64,000 nt of DNA. Source: the human T2T-CHM13v2.0 reference genome, Homo sapiens. Below the pieces are notes generated by a model that saw nothing but the letters and a program-made list of their open reading frames with translations, was not told the DNA's origin and ran no database searches. Below are positions 29,431 through 48,086 of the stretch, in pieces; position 1 is the first letter of the stretch, and every line of letters starts with the position of its first letter. The stretch lies in assembly GCF_009914755.1 (NCBI RefSeq), contig NC_060929.1; one strand, written 5' to 3'. The position numbers and the translations under genes were made by a program.

Positions 29431-29519
29431 AATTTTATGTTTAATAGAAAACAAAGATTTTATTCACGGAGAACAGCTCATTAGGGTTCTTGGGATGAGG
29501 AGGAATAACATCAATTACA

Positions 29520-30041
<522 letters not shown>

Positions 30042-30949
30042 CTATATTAAGAATCTAAAGTATATTGTTGCCCTAGCTGTAAAATTAAGTGAAAGATATT
30101 TTTATTTATGCGCAGAGAAAAGTTTCAAATATATCTTATAGGGGATAGGATTAAACCAAAACATTTGTACATTTGTAAGAACAGTTATCCTGTAGTGTGG
30201 GAGCCATCACATAAGATCACATAAATGTTGGTTGGTGAATGAATGCTTTTATTATGAGAAATACTAATGACAATTGTGGTGGTATAATAATAAATTATAA
30301 GGAAAGTAGTAACAACAATTTACAATTCTTCCAAATTGTAAAAGAGAGAGATTACTCTTATAGTAAATCTTTCTAAAAATGAGTCAATTAAAATATATTT
30401 AATTTCATGCCTCTATAACTTCCAAAACTCAAATACTGTATAATGTAGTAAAAAATACAAATAATACAACAGCAAATTCACTTAGAGAGGCAGCACCACA
30501 TAGACTACTTATATTTAGGTAATGTTATATGGAATAAACTGAGGAAGAAAGATCTAAGATAATGATCCAAATGAGTGTAATTTCTAGCTCAAAAAATGGT
30601 TACAAATATTATTATAGAAAACATTGACAATATTTGTAGATGCATGGCAAATAAGGGAACAGTTTTTGAAAATATGGTAAAACTAATGACTTTGCACTCA
30701 ACTACAGTCAACTCTTAATTAACTGGCCTAATTAGGGTGAGGTGAGGAATAGATAAACAGAAAAATCACAGATTACCTAGAAGTGGTTAAAACAAAAGTA
30801 ATTTAAAATATGACATAAGTAAATTTTTTAATAATCTAGTATTTTGGAACACAGTTCACAGATATGATCTGAAACTGTAAAAGTACTACAAGTACTTTTA
30901 TTTAAGATCACATGAATCATCTGCCCAAAATTACTGGGCTGTTAAACAA

Positions 30950-31112
30950 CTTTTTTTTTTTTTTTTTTTTTGAGACGGAGTCTCACTCTGTCACCCAGGC
31001 TGGAGTGCAGTGGTGCAATCTTGGCTCACTGCAACCTCCGCTTCCCAGGTTCATGTGATTCTCCTACCTCTGGAGTAGGTGGGATTACAGGAGTGCCCCA
31101 CCGCACCCAGCC
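30950..31112 (-). mobile_element. Monomeric Alu (right-arm body)
   Basis: Poly(T), right-arm sequence, TSD TTAAACA(A/G)CTT on both sides. Confidence 0.85.
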
Positions 31113-31869
31113 TTAAACAGCTTCTTGGTAAAGATCTTCGTATTCATCAGACTTGAGTTAACCAGACACATGACTCTTTTCTCTTTATTTGCTCTCTTAC
31201 CTGAATTCTACCAAAATCCTTTGCTCTGTGATATTAGAATACACCTATAAGGCTGTATTAGGCACCTCTGTGTCATCTATTGGTTACTACAAATGTCTTT
31301 TGACATGTGGGTATTTTATTGATGTATAGAATTTTAATGTGTTCACAAATCTACTCTCTGTGATTATTACTTTAGTTATCTTCTACCAGAAAATGAAGAT
31401 TTGAGTATCCATACAAACATGTAGTCATTTAGAGAAACTCTTGGTCAAATTTACCTTTGCTTTGCTTCTGTAAAATTTATCTATAAATTTTCCATGTTAT
31501 TGATTTTTTTCATAAGTTTAATAGATAAGACTGTAATCTAATTCTGTATTTAGTTGGATAAGACTAATTTGCTTTGTTTCTTCTAAAGCACTCAAATTGG
31601 CTAGTATATCTACCTAAAAATATCTGCTAAATTGAATTACTAAACTGAAGTTGTTGAATTTCTGAGTTACAAAATAAAATTAGAAGCAAACAAACTCTCA
31701 TGTCTTGGTACCATTTTATAGTTATTGGGAAGAAAAATAAAGTTTCAGTAATTTAGTTTTAGTTACCTGAGCAAGGTCTCCCAGAAGCAACTCAGTAGAG
31801 CTAAGACTAGAAATCAGGTAAGAACTCTTATGTTAGTGTTGTTTCATATCCTATCGGCATTTTCAAATT

Positions 31870-32070
31870 TTTTTATAATAAGCTTTATTTTTAGAACAGT
31901 TTTAGATTTACAAAAAAGTTGAGAAGATAGTACAGAGTTCCCATATACCTCATACTCAGTTTCTCTTATTATTAAAATCTTACATCAGTGTGGTATATTT
32001 ACTACAATTAGTGAACCAATATTAATACACTATTGTTAACTAAAGCCCACAGTAACTTCAGGTTTTTTTT
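31870..32070 (-). mobile_element. L1MC-type 3' end fragment
   Basis: tttagaacagttttagatttacaaaaaagttg...tagtacagagttcccatatacc...gaaccaatattaatacactatt. Confidence 0.75.
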
Positions 32071-32986
32071 TGTTTTATCTAATCCAGATCAATTTTACAA
32101 GATGTTTATGAGTGTTGTTGGGGCAGAGGGAGAAAAATGTATCTTGTGGTAAAATAAATTTAAGAAATGCTAAGTAAAAATTAGACATATTTCTTACCTG
32201 AAAAATTCAGAGCCTTTAAGATATATAATTTAAATCTCAAAGTAGAGTCTAAAATGTGTTATGTTTCCCAAAATGCTTGGGTAACTGAACTTTTATTATA
32301 TAGAACACTTCAAAGAACTTCTGTTCTGAGGAATACCCTTTGGAAAATTCTGCCCTACACTATGGCCCATGATATTAACTTAGACTGGATTAATTTAGAT
32401 ATAAAATTGGTAAAACTCAATTTCATTAAGATAATCTCTTAAAGGATGGCTGAGAAAGTGTTTAGTTCCTAGAGGTGGCTATTGAATGAAGGTTAAATCT
32501 ACTCTCCTGACCCAGCTCCATGGTAACTAACTCTTCTTGATGTTTTACTCTCTGACTGTAGCTAGAGCTTAATTATACAAAGTCTCAACAATTAAACATT
32601 CAAACATAATCCATTAAAAGAGAGAAAGATGATATCAAGTATTTTTTAAACGAAAAATATCCATGGAATTTTAGAATAATCTCTTCAGAATCACAGCACA
32701 ATGAGAACTCATTCTCAGGATGGTCACCAAAGATGTTACATTTTGATCTGCAGCTTCTGTTTATCAAGTCAGGAAAGTATAAGGATATATTTTGCAATAG
32801 TTTTTAGGCAACAGTTTTTGCTCAGTTATCCAGTTTTAAAAAATACTGTTAACTATACCAAGGTTAGCCCAGAACATTTTAGTGAATTCTCTACTGAAGG
32901 TTGCAGATTTTTCTAGTGAATAGAAACATGTGGTCCTCATCAAGTAGTTATGATACCTATGTGGACTGATGCATAATCAGTACTTT

Positions 32987-33030
32987 TATATATATATATA
33001 CACACACACAAACAGATATACATACATATT
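32987..33030. repeat. (TA)n(CA)n compound microsatellite
   Basis: Read directly. Confidence 0.85.
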
Positions 33031-35776
33031 CATGAAGATCACAGAGCAGAAAAATGAGTAGTTACGAAAAACCATAGAATTTGCCATCACATTAAAATTT
33101 ACCCAATATTAATTCATCATTTGTATGTTCATCTCACTTCAAATACAAAGAGAAAAACATTTCAGTATATAAAATCAGAGAACATTATTGAATTTCATGT
33201 GAGATTTTCTAGCCACATTTTAAAATAGGGCAAAACAATAGAAACATTCAACTTATCAAGTAAATCTCAGAATTGTATACTTTTCTCTTAAGAATGACTT
33301 TTAAAGCACCAAATAATTAAGATGTTATGTTAACATGAATAATTTCATAAGCAAATGGAAACCACAGAAATGCAGTAATACAGTTCTCAGCCATTGTTGT
33401 TTGATAATTTGCATGGTTTAGGCTTTTCAAATTAAGCAATACATAGCATTGATGAAGAGTGGATGATGTGAGCAGAGCCACACAAGCACTGTCCCTCCCT
33501 GACTCCAGCAATAAGACTGATCGGGCAACAGGAACCTGCCTCAGTGAAGTGCTTTAGCCCGGGCAGTGACTGCATTAGAGATGCTGGAAACTCTGACTCA
33601 TGTTTTTGTGGCTTCTTTTCCCCTCTCTTGAGGCACAGAATAGAACAGAACAGAGAACAGAAAGCAGAAAGAAAAGGGGGGAACAGAGGAAGGGAAATTT
33701 CATAACTCTCTAGAATATTTCATTGTTCAACTGTGGTCATACCTTATTTCCATGGGAATAAGTAGTCTGAGTTGGTTGTGCTTGGGATTCAGAGCCTCTA
33801 CTATGCCCGAGTAAGCACACACTTCACCTTTCCCCTGTTAACATAGTCTAGCCTCACCCTGGCCAAATATTGAAAAGTACAAGACTTCTTTCTAAAGTAT
33901 CTGAATCCAGTGCATACTTTCTTGCTAACAGACAAATTCTCTAAGTGCTGAAGGAATTCTGATGGGGTTTTTAATTTTATTAATTCAAACTAGTAATGTT
34001 TACTCATTTGTTCTAGACAGTGATCATACATTGTTCCTGCCAATTGTTTGATGCTTGGAGGGGCAGAGTCATAGAGAATAGGTAATATTTCTATCTATGG
34101 CCCTTCCATAAACAGTTCTGACAGATTCCACACTATATTCAACACTCAGGGGCTGCCAGCTTTCCCTAATATAGCTCCCTGAATATACTTACAGTTTAGC
34201 TGAGGGATTAACAAATTCACAAAATCTATATTTCTTAAGGCAAAATAGGATTTGTGTCTTAAGAGAACTATAAAGAGAATGCTTTTTAATTGAAAGTCTT
34301 TTAAGAGACTCGTAAGCAGAGTGTCACAGACCAAGGTTGGAAGCCACATTTAGTTGTGATTATCAGAAAGCTTTACATCCAAGTGGTAAGAATCTTGAGT
34401 TGGTGAATGGTGGAAGCAAGGCAGAATCCCTGACAGAGAATGACAAATTCAGAAGCACAGAGATAGAAAGAAAAAACAATTATTTAGGAGCAGAAAGCAT
34501 TTATTTTTAGTTGGAACATAGCATGTACTGGGAAGGTTGAGAGAGAGAACTGGAAAAGTAAGGTGAGAGCAAGGGAGCATTTTATGTATACACCTGTTTA
34601 CTACATGTACATACTGTAAATATTGGCTTTCTAGAACCATATGGAATTCCAGACGGAAAATTCCAGATGAAATAATCAAATAGCTTAGCGTTAACACTAA
34701 ATGATTGAACTTTATATTTTCAGTTTTGGGACAAAAGTTTTTATGAAGCACACAATATACTCTGTATCTTACCAGAACATATTATATATTCCTCTTCCAT
34801 GGAGCCCTAAAAATTCCTCAAATGTATTTTGGAGGACCAAGAAAAAGTTGTTAAATGAGAGAATGTTCCTCCTATTGCCTCTCCCTCATTCCCAGGGCAG
34901 TTCAACTTTTTACTGTTTTGCTTGTTAGAAGATATCTACAATATTTCATTTGAAGAAAGTGTTCCATCAATAAAACAAAGCTTGAGCCCTGTAAGAAATT
35001 CTTGTGTAGTCATATTACTAAGAAAGTACTTAATCATTCTCAGCATTCCATTTCATTTAATATAATAGACATAAATATCATGGAGAGATGAATGGATAGA
35101 AACAAGCACATGGATGGAGAGAAATAATAGTATTTGGTGTGGGATCTTTTCATGAAAAGTTGTGTATGCAGGAATAAGTTAATAACATATTATAAAATTG
35201 GGCCACTTTTAACCATTTATATTTTGGGGGGAATAGAAATCTTATTTTATACGTGGATTTAGCCATTTACAAAATAACTTCCCAGGTTCTTAAGAAAGAT
35301 CAGTGCCAAATTTTCTCTACACTTTTGTACAGGTTTTGTCCTTAATTCAAAGGCTCCCTTTAAAAATATTCCTCTTTACATTCTAAGAACATGTAGGTAC
35401 TTGTAATATTTGGCATGTGTTTTACCTAACAAACAGAAAAGGATTCTTATTAAATATATATTTCCCAAAATTAAAATAACAGTGAATATAATTCTAGTTA
35501 TATTTTTAAAATAAAATGTTTCAAACTAACATTTACTCTTTATATAATCACAAATCACTCATTAATATTTAGATTGCACAATTATTTAATATTTGTCCTA
35601 TTTAGTCTCAATTCATAATTATTTCTGTTATCTAATATTTTTAATCCAAATATCCAAATTCCATTTCAAATTTTTATACTCGTGTAGGAATTCATGACAT
35701 GAGAACCATATTTTTCATTTATTGCACAGCAAGGAACAAATCCTTAGAGAATATCATCCATAGAAATATAATTTGC

Positions 35777-36044
35777 AGCCCAGCACGGTGGCTCACGCCT
35801 GTAATCCCAGCACTTTGGGAGGCTGAGGTGGGTGGATCATGAGGTCAGGAGATCGAGACCATCCCAGCTAACATGGTGAAACGCTGTCTCTACTAAAAAT
35901 ACAAAAAATTAGCCATGCACGGTGGTGGGTGCCTCTAGCCCCAGCTACTCGGGAGGCTGAGGCAGGAGAATGGCATGAACCCGGGAGGCGAGCCAAGATC
36001 ATACCACTACACTCCAGCCTGGGTGACAGAGCGAGACTCCGTCT

Positions 36045-36097
<53 letters not shown>

Positions 36098-36099
36098 TA
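35777..36099 (+). mobile_element. AluY-like, with a short right-arm deletion and an A-tail/(TA)n
   Basis: gatcgagaccatcc, gagaatggc; lacks GAGCTTGCAGT at ~35990. Confidence 0.9.
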
Positions 36100-36257
36100 G
36101 GCTATGCTGGCAATCACATTAATTTAACAAATATTGAAATATCGACACTGAAATTTTCACTGGGCTTTGTTAAGCCATTTCTATTAACATTTAAGGGAAT
36201 GTGGTTTCCATATGCTTTTGAACAGAATTATATGTGGGTCTTCTAGAAAATGGATTA

Positions 36258-36557
36258 GGCTGGGCGCGGTGGCTCACGCCTGTAATCCCAGCACTTTGGG
36301 AGGCCAAGGCGGGTGGATCACGAGGTCAGGAGATCGAGACCATCCTGGCTAACACGGTGAAACCCCGTCTCTACTAAAAATACAACAAAAAATTAGCCAG
36401 ATGTGGTGGCGGGCGCCTGTAGTCCCAGCTACTCAGGAGGCTGAGGCGGGAGAATGGCGTGAACCCGGGAGGCGGAGGTTGCAGTGATCGCGCCACTGCA
36501 CTCCAGCCTGGGCGACAGAGTGAGACCCGTCTCAAAAAAAAAAAAAAAAAAAAAAAA
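36258..36557 (+). mobile_element. AluY/AluSc-like
   Basis: gatcgagaccatcctggctaacacggtg; TSD AAAA(T/G)GGATTA at 36247-36257 and 36554-36564. Confidence 0.92.
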
Positions 36558-37384
36558 GGGATTAAGGTTTTAGGAACAAAAGGGATTTTTAAAATATACC
36601 ATCTATCACATCTCTGCAGTTGTTGACTGGAATAAGTACAATGTGAAAGTACCACAAGTTAGTAAGATTTTAAAAACTAATCTTTATGTTATGGGACATT
36701 TAGAGAAAACATAAACGTGTTCAAAATATTCTTTTATGCTTAATAGTATACATTTTCTTTTAGTATATTCAGGAATGACAAATAATTAACTACCGGTGAA
36801 TATAAAATAGAGTGTCTGACCTCAGGAGCTTACATTCCTGTTGGGGATAAAAGATGTAGTCATATTTAAAGATAACTGCCCAAGATCTTATATCTTATGC
36901 GGTAAAGGCATCTGGCTACAGGATCTCAAAAATCCCTTTAAGCTGAAGTGATGGGGGAAGATTTTAGGAAGCAGTAAGAATATTTTTTGGTCACTGCATT
37001 AATGGGAGAGGACTGAAGCTGTAAAGAGGAGGAGGAGGCCATTCAACTAAGAGGAGCAAGATGAGCCAAAGTAGGGAGGCTGGATCTACTCCATGTGTTT
37101 ACTAATTTGTCGAGGCTTGATTGGCTCCAGTGAGAGGTTTCTCTAGGAGAACAGCAAGAGTCAGAGCTAAATAAGGAGGATGGGCCAGATACGGAGAGGG
37201 TGATCAAGAAAAAGAGCCTCCTGGCAGTACTATAAGTTTCATTATTATTATATAATATTTTCACATTTATTCTGTGTACCTTTCTGCGGCAAACAGAATA
37301 AGCTTCCCCATCTCCCTCAGAAAAGCCATCAATTTCCATTTAATGCCTGGAATCTATGGTGACATGTGAAAGAGGAAGGCATAA

Positions 37385-37892
37385 TGCGATAGGCTGAATA
37401 ATAGTCGCCAAAGATAATCAGGAGTGACTCCCTAGAATCTGTGAATGTTAGCTTTTACGGTAAAACGTATTTTGCAGCTGTGATTAAATTAAGTATCTGA
37501 GATGCAGGGGTTATTCTGGATTATCTGGATGAACCCTAAATGCAATTATAACTTTCCTTATTAGAGGGAGGAAGAAGGAGACTTCAGAGAAAGAGGCCGT
37601 GTGATGGAAGCAAAATCAGAGAGAAAAGATGCTAAGCTGCTGCCTTTGAATAAGGAGGAACGTGAGCCAACAGATCCAAGAACTGAAGCTCTAGGCAGTG
37701 GAAAAGCCAAGGAAACTGATCTTCCCTTCGAGCCTCCGGAGGGAGTGTAGCCCTGCCAACACCTTTATTTTAGCCCCATAACAGTCATTTCAGACTTGTG
37801 GCCTCCAGAATTTTAAGAGAATAAATTTTTATTGTATTAAGCCATCAAGTTTGTGGTAGTTTGTGGTAATTTAGCCATAAGAAACTAATACA
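37385..37892 (+). mobile_element. MLT1D-like MaLR solo LTR
   Basis: TG...CA termini (tgcgataggctgaat ... gaaactaataca); perfect 5-bp TSD CATAA. Confidence 0.88.
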
Positions 37893-37994
37893 CATAAGGA
37901 ATTTGATGCTCATAAAGTCATAGGAAAGCCAGCACTGGGCTCTAGCAGGCCGGTGAGAGTGATCCACATTGGCTGCCATTAGAACACAAGAAGC

Positions 37995-38293
37995 CGGAGG
38001 ATGAAGAGAGGTTGATTGATGGGTACAAGCACACAGTTAGGTAGAAGAAATAAGACGTAGTGATCAAAAGATCACCAGCAGACTATAATCAACAATAATC
38101 TATTGTAATTTCAAAATAGCTAGAAGAGAATTAATTTGAATATTCCTAGCATTAAGAAAAGACAAATATTTATGGTGATGGATATCTAAATTACCCTAAT
38201 TTGATCTTTATACATTATATGAATGTATCAAATTATCACATGTATACCCAAAATATATACATCTATTACGTATCAATTAAAAAATAGAAAAAA
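37995..38293 (+). mobile_element. L1MA 3' end fragment
   Basis: gaagagaggttgatt..gggtacaa, tttcaaaatagctagaagaga, ggtgatggatatctaaattaccct, A-rich tail. Confidence 0.85.
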
Positions 38294-39859
38294 ATCCTTA
38301 GAACCTTTGGCCACAGGAAATGAAATATTTTAATTTCAATTTATAAATATATTTTGTGGCAGAGAAGTATAATAATGTCAGCAATAAAAGACTTTCAACC
38401 ATAAAAAAATTACCAACAAAATTTATCATCTAGTCATTTTGGTAGAGTTTCTCATGGAGCAAACATCAGAACAAAAAGTTGTATCTGTATCTGTTTTATA
38501 TATATTATTAAACTCTTAAAATAATGCATACCACTATTTTGTGCACACTAATTTAAGTAGGCCCTTTATTCCAGATATAGTTTCTGTACCTATTTCTTCT
38601 TTATAATAAAGGCTATTTATTAAATATTCAATATAATATCAATAATTCATATAGCCTTTTAATATATTTTATAAAAGATTCATAAATATGGAAAGAAAGT
38701 CTTTTGTGAAACTGAAAAATGTAAAAGAACGCAAGAAGCCATGCTCTAATACAGTCACCAGGAAGCTCCTCTGCATGGCAGCCTCAAAATTGGTAAAGGG
38801 GCCTGGGAACATATATTCTGCCACCACCTCTACCACAACTGCCTCTTGCCACACAGAAAGCTGAAGAATAGGCACAGAAATCTGCTACAGAAAACCCTCT
38901 CATATTCTATCAAGACTTTGCTTGTTGGGGCTAAAAAACAAAAACAGTAAAATGAGTTAAGAGGATACCCTTTGCCTTACTTTCACCTTCAAAATATCTC
39001 AATAATTTCACAGAGGAGACTGAGAAATACAATTTTTAGCTTTCCAGTTTCTACAGTAGCAAAAATCATCCTAGAAAGAGAGTGTAATGAAAGAGGAGCA
39101 GGTAAATCCACAGAATTTACACAAAGAGTTTGAGGTTATTAGACCACTCTAGGCACTATCATTCCCTATGTTTTTATAGAATTACTTTCTAAGCAATATA
39201 AATTAATAGAATTAACCATGGAGAGATCACCTGTTGTGTGAGGAGCATCATATTAGGTCAAGATGGGAAGATACATTAAGAAAGCCTTAACTTCTGCTCT
39301 CTAAGAGAGTACCTTAATACAGAAACAGAACTGATACCTGCATAGGGTTAATACAAATTAAATTATGTTTAGGAATGCTCCGTGATAAAAATGAGTTGGA
39401 AATGAATTTAGGAATTTTTCACATGGGAGGAGAGTTTTGAAAGAAGAGGCTTTCTCTGAGAGGAGAGGGAAATGCATTTCTGGGTGGTAGAAGACAGCTT
39501 ATTGGCAGTATGGAGGCAGGAGTGAATGTGTTCATATGTGTGATTATAGTTGGTTGGTACAGGAGTCAGCATGGAGAAGTTGTGGAAATGAGAGTGCTAA
39601 GATGCACGTAGTTGCTAAGTAGCCAAGAAGCTCAAATTGAGGAACTGATTTTTCTTAGTGAAATTGTCTTGACTTTAGTAAAGTCATTGGACTAGGCTCT
39701 GATAAAGGAAGTTAGGAAACAGAACACTTGCAAAATTCATTTTGCGGATGCTGAGTTGGCACTCAAAGGGCAAAAGGCAAAACTCTTAAATCTACTGCTG
39801 ATGAGATTTGACAGAAACCATGCCAAAAAATGTCTCTTTTTTCTTTTCTTTTCTTTCTT

Positions 39860-40260
39860 TTTTTTTTTTTACAATAAAAGTAACAATACAGGTGGTCAAA
39901 AAAACAAAAACCATGGTATAGAAAAACCATAAATTGAAAAGTAAAAGCTTTTCTTATATTCCACCCTGCCTCTGAATCTTCTGTCCTAAAGATTGCTGCT
40001 ATTAACTTTCTTACGTATCCTTTAGAAAGCACTTTTCTGACATAAGGATCATGTATTAATGTACACAGAAGGGATCATGATATATGCACAGTACTGTCCC
40101 TGTCCATTGAAATCTTCTAATAGACAACACATTTACATCTAACCCATTCTTGGTAATGAGATTTCAAAAAAATCTCGTTGTATAGACTTTCCATAGTACA
40201 TGTAACCAGTTTACTGCTGTAGGATATTTATTGGGTTTTTTCCCCCCAGTTTTTACCTAT
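39860..40260 (-). mobile_element. L1ME 3' fragment
   Basis: Diverged L1ME-like 3' UTR motifs following a T tract. Confidence 0.45.
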
Positions 40261-40720
40261 TTGCCCCATTTACCTCTCCTGGCTCACATCTGATTACAGC
40301 ATGATTTACTCAATATATTAGGCCTACTGTGGAGACATACTGCTCAGAAAAAAAAGATTCCTTTCATACTTTTCTCCCCAACACTAACTCTGCTCCAGCC
40401 ACGCCAATCTCTTACATATTTGTCTAACACATCAGCTGTAATCCTGCTTTTTGCACGAGCATTCCTCTGCCTGGAATACTCTTTAGATATTGACTTGCTT
40501 CCTCCTTCACACCTTAGTTTCTGTTCCAACTTCTCAGTGAAGCTATTCTTGATCACAGTATTTAATATTGTAACCCCATCCCACTCCTAATATAATTCCC
40601 TTTAAAATTTTTCTCTGTAGACCATATCAGTCTCTAAAATATTATATTCTAATTGATTGTACTCGTCTCTTTTCATTAAAATATAAGTTTTATAAAGACA
40701 GTAATGTTGTATGTTATTTA
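40260..40720. mobile_element. L2 fragment containing an inserted ~80-bp Tigger1 piece (40285-40366)
   Basis: ctctgctccagccac, ttcctctgcctggaatactct and cttctcagtgaagctattct motifs. Confidence 0.7.
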
Positions 40721-43050
40721 ATTACTACATAGCTTTCTGAGTAAAGAATTTCTAGACATCTTGTGTCCAACCAAGAACACAATCTTTACATCTTATTCTT
40801 CATTAATATTATTTTATTATTATTTAATCTCATTCTTGCTTCAAATACCTCCCCTTTCATTCTCAGATATATCCTAGCACTATAGATTTTTCCTTTAATA
40901 AATGTTACTTCAATATATATTCCTTGTAAAGCAAAGTAATAACATGTGGTAGGCACTAATTTAAAAAAATTGTATCAGTCAAATAAATAAATTATAACCC
41001 TTTCTCTAACAAAGGGATGTAAGTAATGCTGTTCTATACTTTGATAATTATCCTTTAACTTGATTTTTAGATAATTGTTGCCTAGTTAAAGAAAACCATT
41101 TGGTTGCACAAGGAAACATTCTAATTGTAGGTGAAATTGACATAGGATGTATATTAGTCCAGATTCTCTACATCCATAATGGAAAGAAATAGTAATGACT
41201 GCAGTTAAAATGTAAATGATATACATGATAACAGCTTTCAATAGGCAGTGTTATTTAATACAGGCATAATTCATTTTATTGTGCTTCACTTGTGGCACTT
41301 TGCAGATATGGCATATTTTATAAATTGAACATCTCCGGCAACCCTGTGTTGAACAAGTGTGTTGGTGCCATTTTCCCAAAAGCATGTGGTCACTTTGTGT
41401 CACTGTCACATTTTTATAATTTTCACTATACCTCAAACTTTTTATTATTACTATATCTGTTATGGTTATCTGTGATCAGTGATCATTTATTTTACTATTG
41501 CAATTATTTTGGGGTGCCACAAACCATGCCCATAAAATATTACAAACTTAATCAATAAATGTTGCATGCATTCTGACTGCTTCATTGCCTGGCTGTCTGC
41601 TCATGTCCCTCCCTCTCCTCAGGCCTCCCTATTCCCTGACCCACAACAATATTGATATTAGGCCAGTTAATACCCCTACAATGGCCTCTAAGTGTTCAGA
41701 TGAAAGGAAGAGTTGCACGTCTTTCATTTAAATTCAAAAGCTAGAAATGATTAAGCTTAGTGAGGAAGGCAAGTTGAAAGCCAAAAGTCAAAAGGTACGT
41801 CTCTTTCACCAAACAACCAAGTTGTGAATGCAAAGGAAAACTTTTTGAAGGAAATTAAAAGTGCTACTTCAGTGAACACATGAATGACAAGAAAGTAACA
41901 CAGCCTTATTGCTGAGATGTAGTTTGAATGGTCTGGATAGAAAAATCAAACCAGCCCCAAAATTCCTATAAACCGAAGCCTAATCCAGAGCAAGGCCCTA
42001 ACTCTCATCAATTCTGTGAAGGCTGAGAGAGGTGAGGAAGCTGCAGAACAAAAACTGGAAGCTAGCCGAGATTGGTTTAGGAGGTTTCAGGAAAGAAGCC
42101 ATTTATAACAAAAATGCAAGGTGAAGCAATGAGTGCCAATGGAAAAACTACAGCCAGTTATCCTGAAGATCTAGCTGAGATAATTGATGACAGTGGCTAC
42201 ACTAAACAAAATATTTCCAGTGTACACAAAACAGCCTTCTTTTGGAAGAAGATGCCATCTGGGACTTTCATAGCTAGAAAGAAGTCAATTCTTGGCTTCA
42301 AAGAACAGGCTTTCTTGATAGTGGCTAATGCAGCTGGTAACTTTAAGTTGAAGCCAGTGCTCATTTATCATTCTGAAAATCCTAGGGCCCTTCAGAATTA
42401 AGCTAAATCTATGCTGCCTTTGCTCAAGAAATGGAACAACAAAGACTAGATGATGATACACCTGATTATAGCATGATTTACTGATTATTGCAGGCCTACT
42501 GTTGAGACCTACTGCTCAGAAAAAAAGATTCCTTTCAAAATATTACTGCTCATTGATAATGCACCTAGTCATCCAAGACCTCTGATGGATATATACAAAG
42601 AAGTGTGTTTTCATGCCTGCTAACACAACATTCATTTTGCAGCGATAGATGAATGAGTAATTTTGACTTTCAAGTCTTATTATTTCAGAATTACATTTTG
42701 TAAGGCTACAACTGCCATAGATAGTGATTCCTCTGATGGATCTTCGCAAAGTAAATTGAAAATGTTCTGGAAAGGAGTCACTGTTCTAGATGCCATTAAG
42801 AACATTCATGATTCATGGGAGGTGGTAAAATTATCAACATTAACAGGAGTTTGGGAGAAGTTGATTCCAATCCTTGTGGATGATTAGGGGGTTCAAGACT
42901 TTGGTGGAAGAAGTAATTGGAAATGTGGTAGAAGCAGCAGGAGAACTAGAATTAGAAGTGTAGTCTGCAGTCTTACAGTAAAATTTGAATGGATGAAGAC
43001 TTCTTATGGATGAGCAAAGAAGGTGGCTTCTTGAAATAAAAACCACTCCT

Positions 43051-47176
<4,126 letters not shown>

Positions 47177-47532
47177 GAAATAAAAACCACTCCTGGCGAA
47201 GATTCTATGAACATTGTTAAAATTACAAAAAGGGATTTATAATATCCATAAACTTAGTTCATAAAGCAGAGGTGGGGTTTGAGAATATTGACTCCAATTT
47301 TGAAAGAAGTTCTACTGAGGAAAAAATGCTGTCAAATAGCATCCCCATGCTATAGAGAAATATTTTGTGAAGGGGTCAATCAGTGTCATGAACTTCATTG
47401 TCTTATTTTAAGAAATTGCACAGCCACTTAATACCTTTGGCAACTACCACCCTGATCAGTCAGCAGCCATCAATATTGAGGCAAGACCCTGCACCAGCAA
47501 AAAAGGTTACAACTTGCTAAAGGCCCAGATGA

Positions 47533-47869
<337 letters not shown>

Positions 47870-48086
47870 AAGTTATGTACATTTCTTTAGACATAATGCT
47901 GTTGCACACTTAATAGGCTACAGTGTCATGTAAACATAACTTTTTCTGCACAGGGAAAGCAAAACATTTATGTGACTCACTTTATTGAGATTTTGACTTT
48001 ATTGTTTTGGCATGGAACCAAACTGGCAATGTATGCAAAGTGTGTCTGTATTCACTAAATAATAGTTTTGAACTTTATGATTGCAG

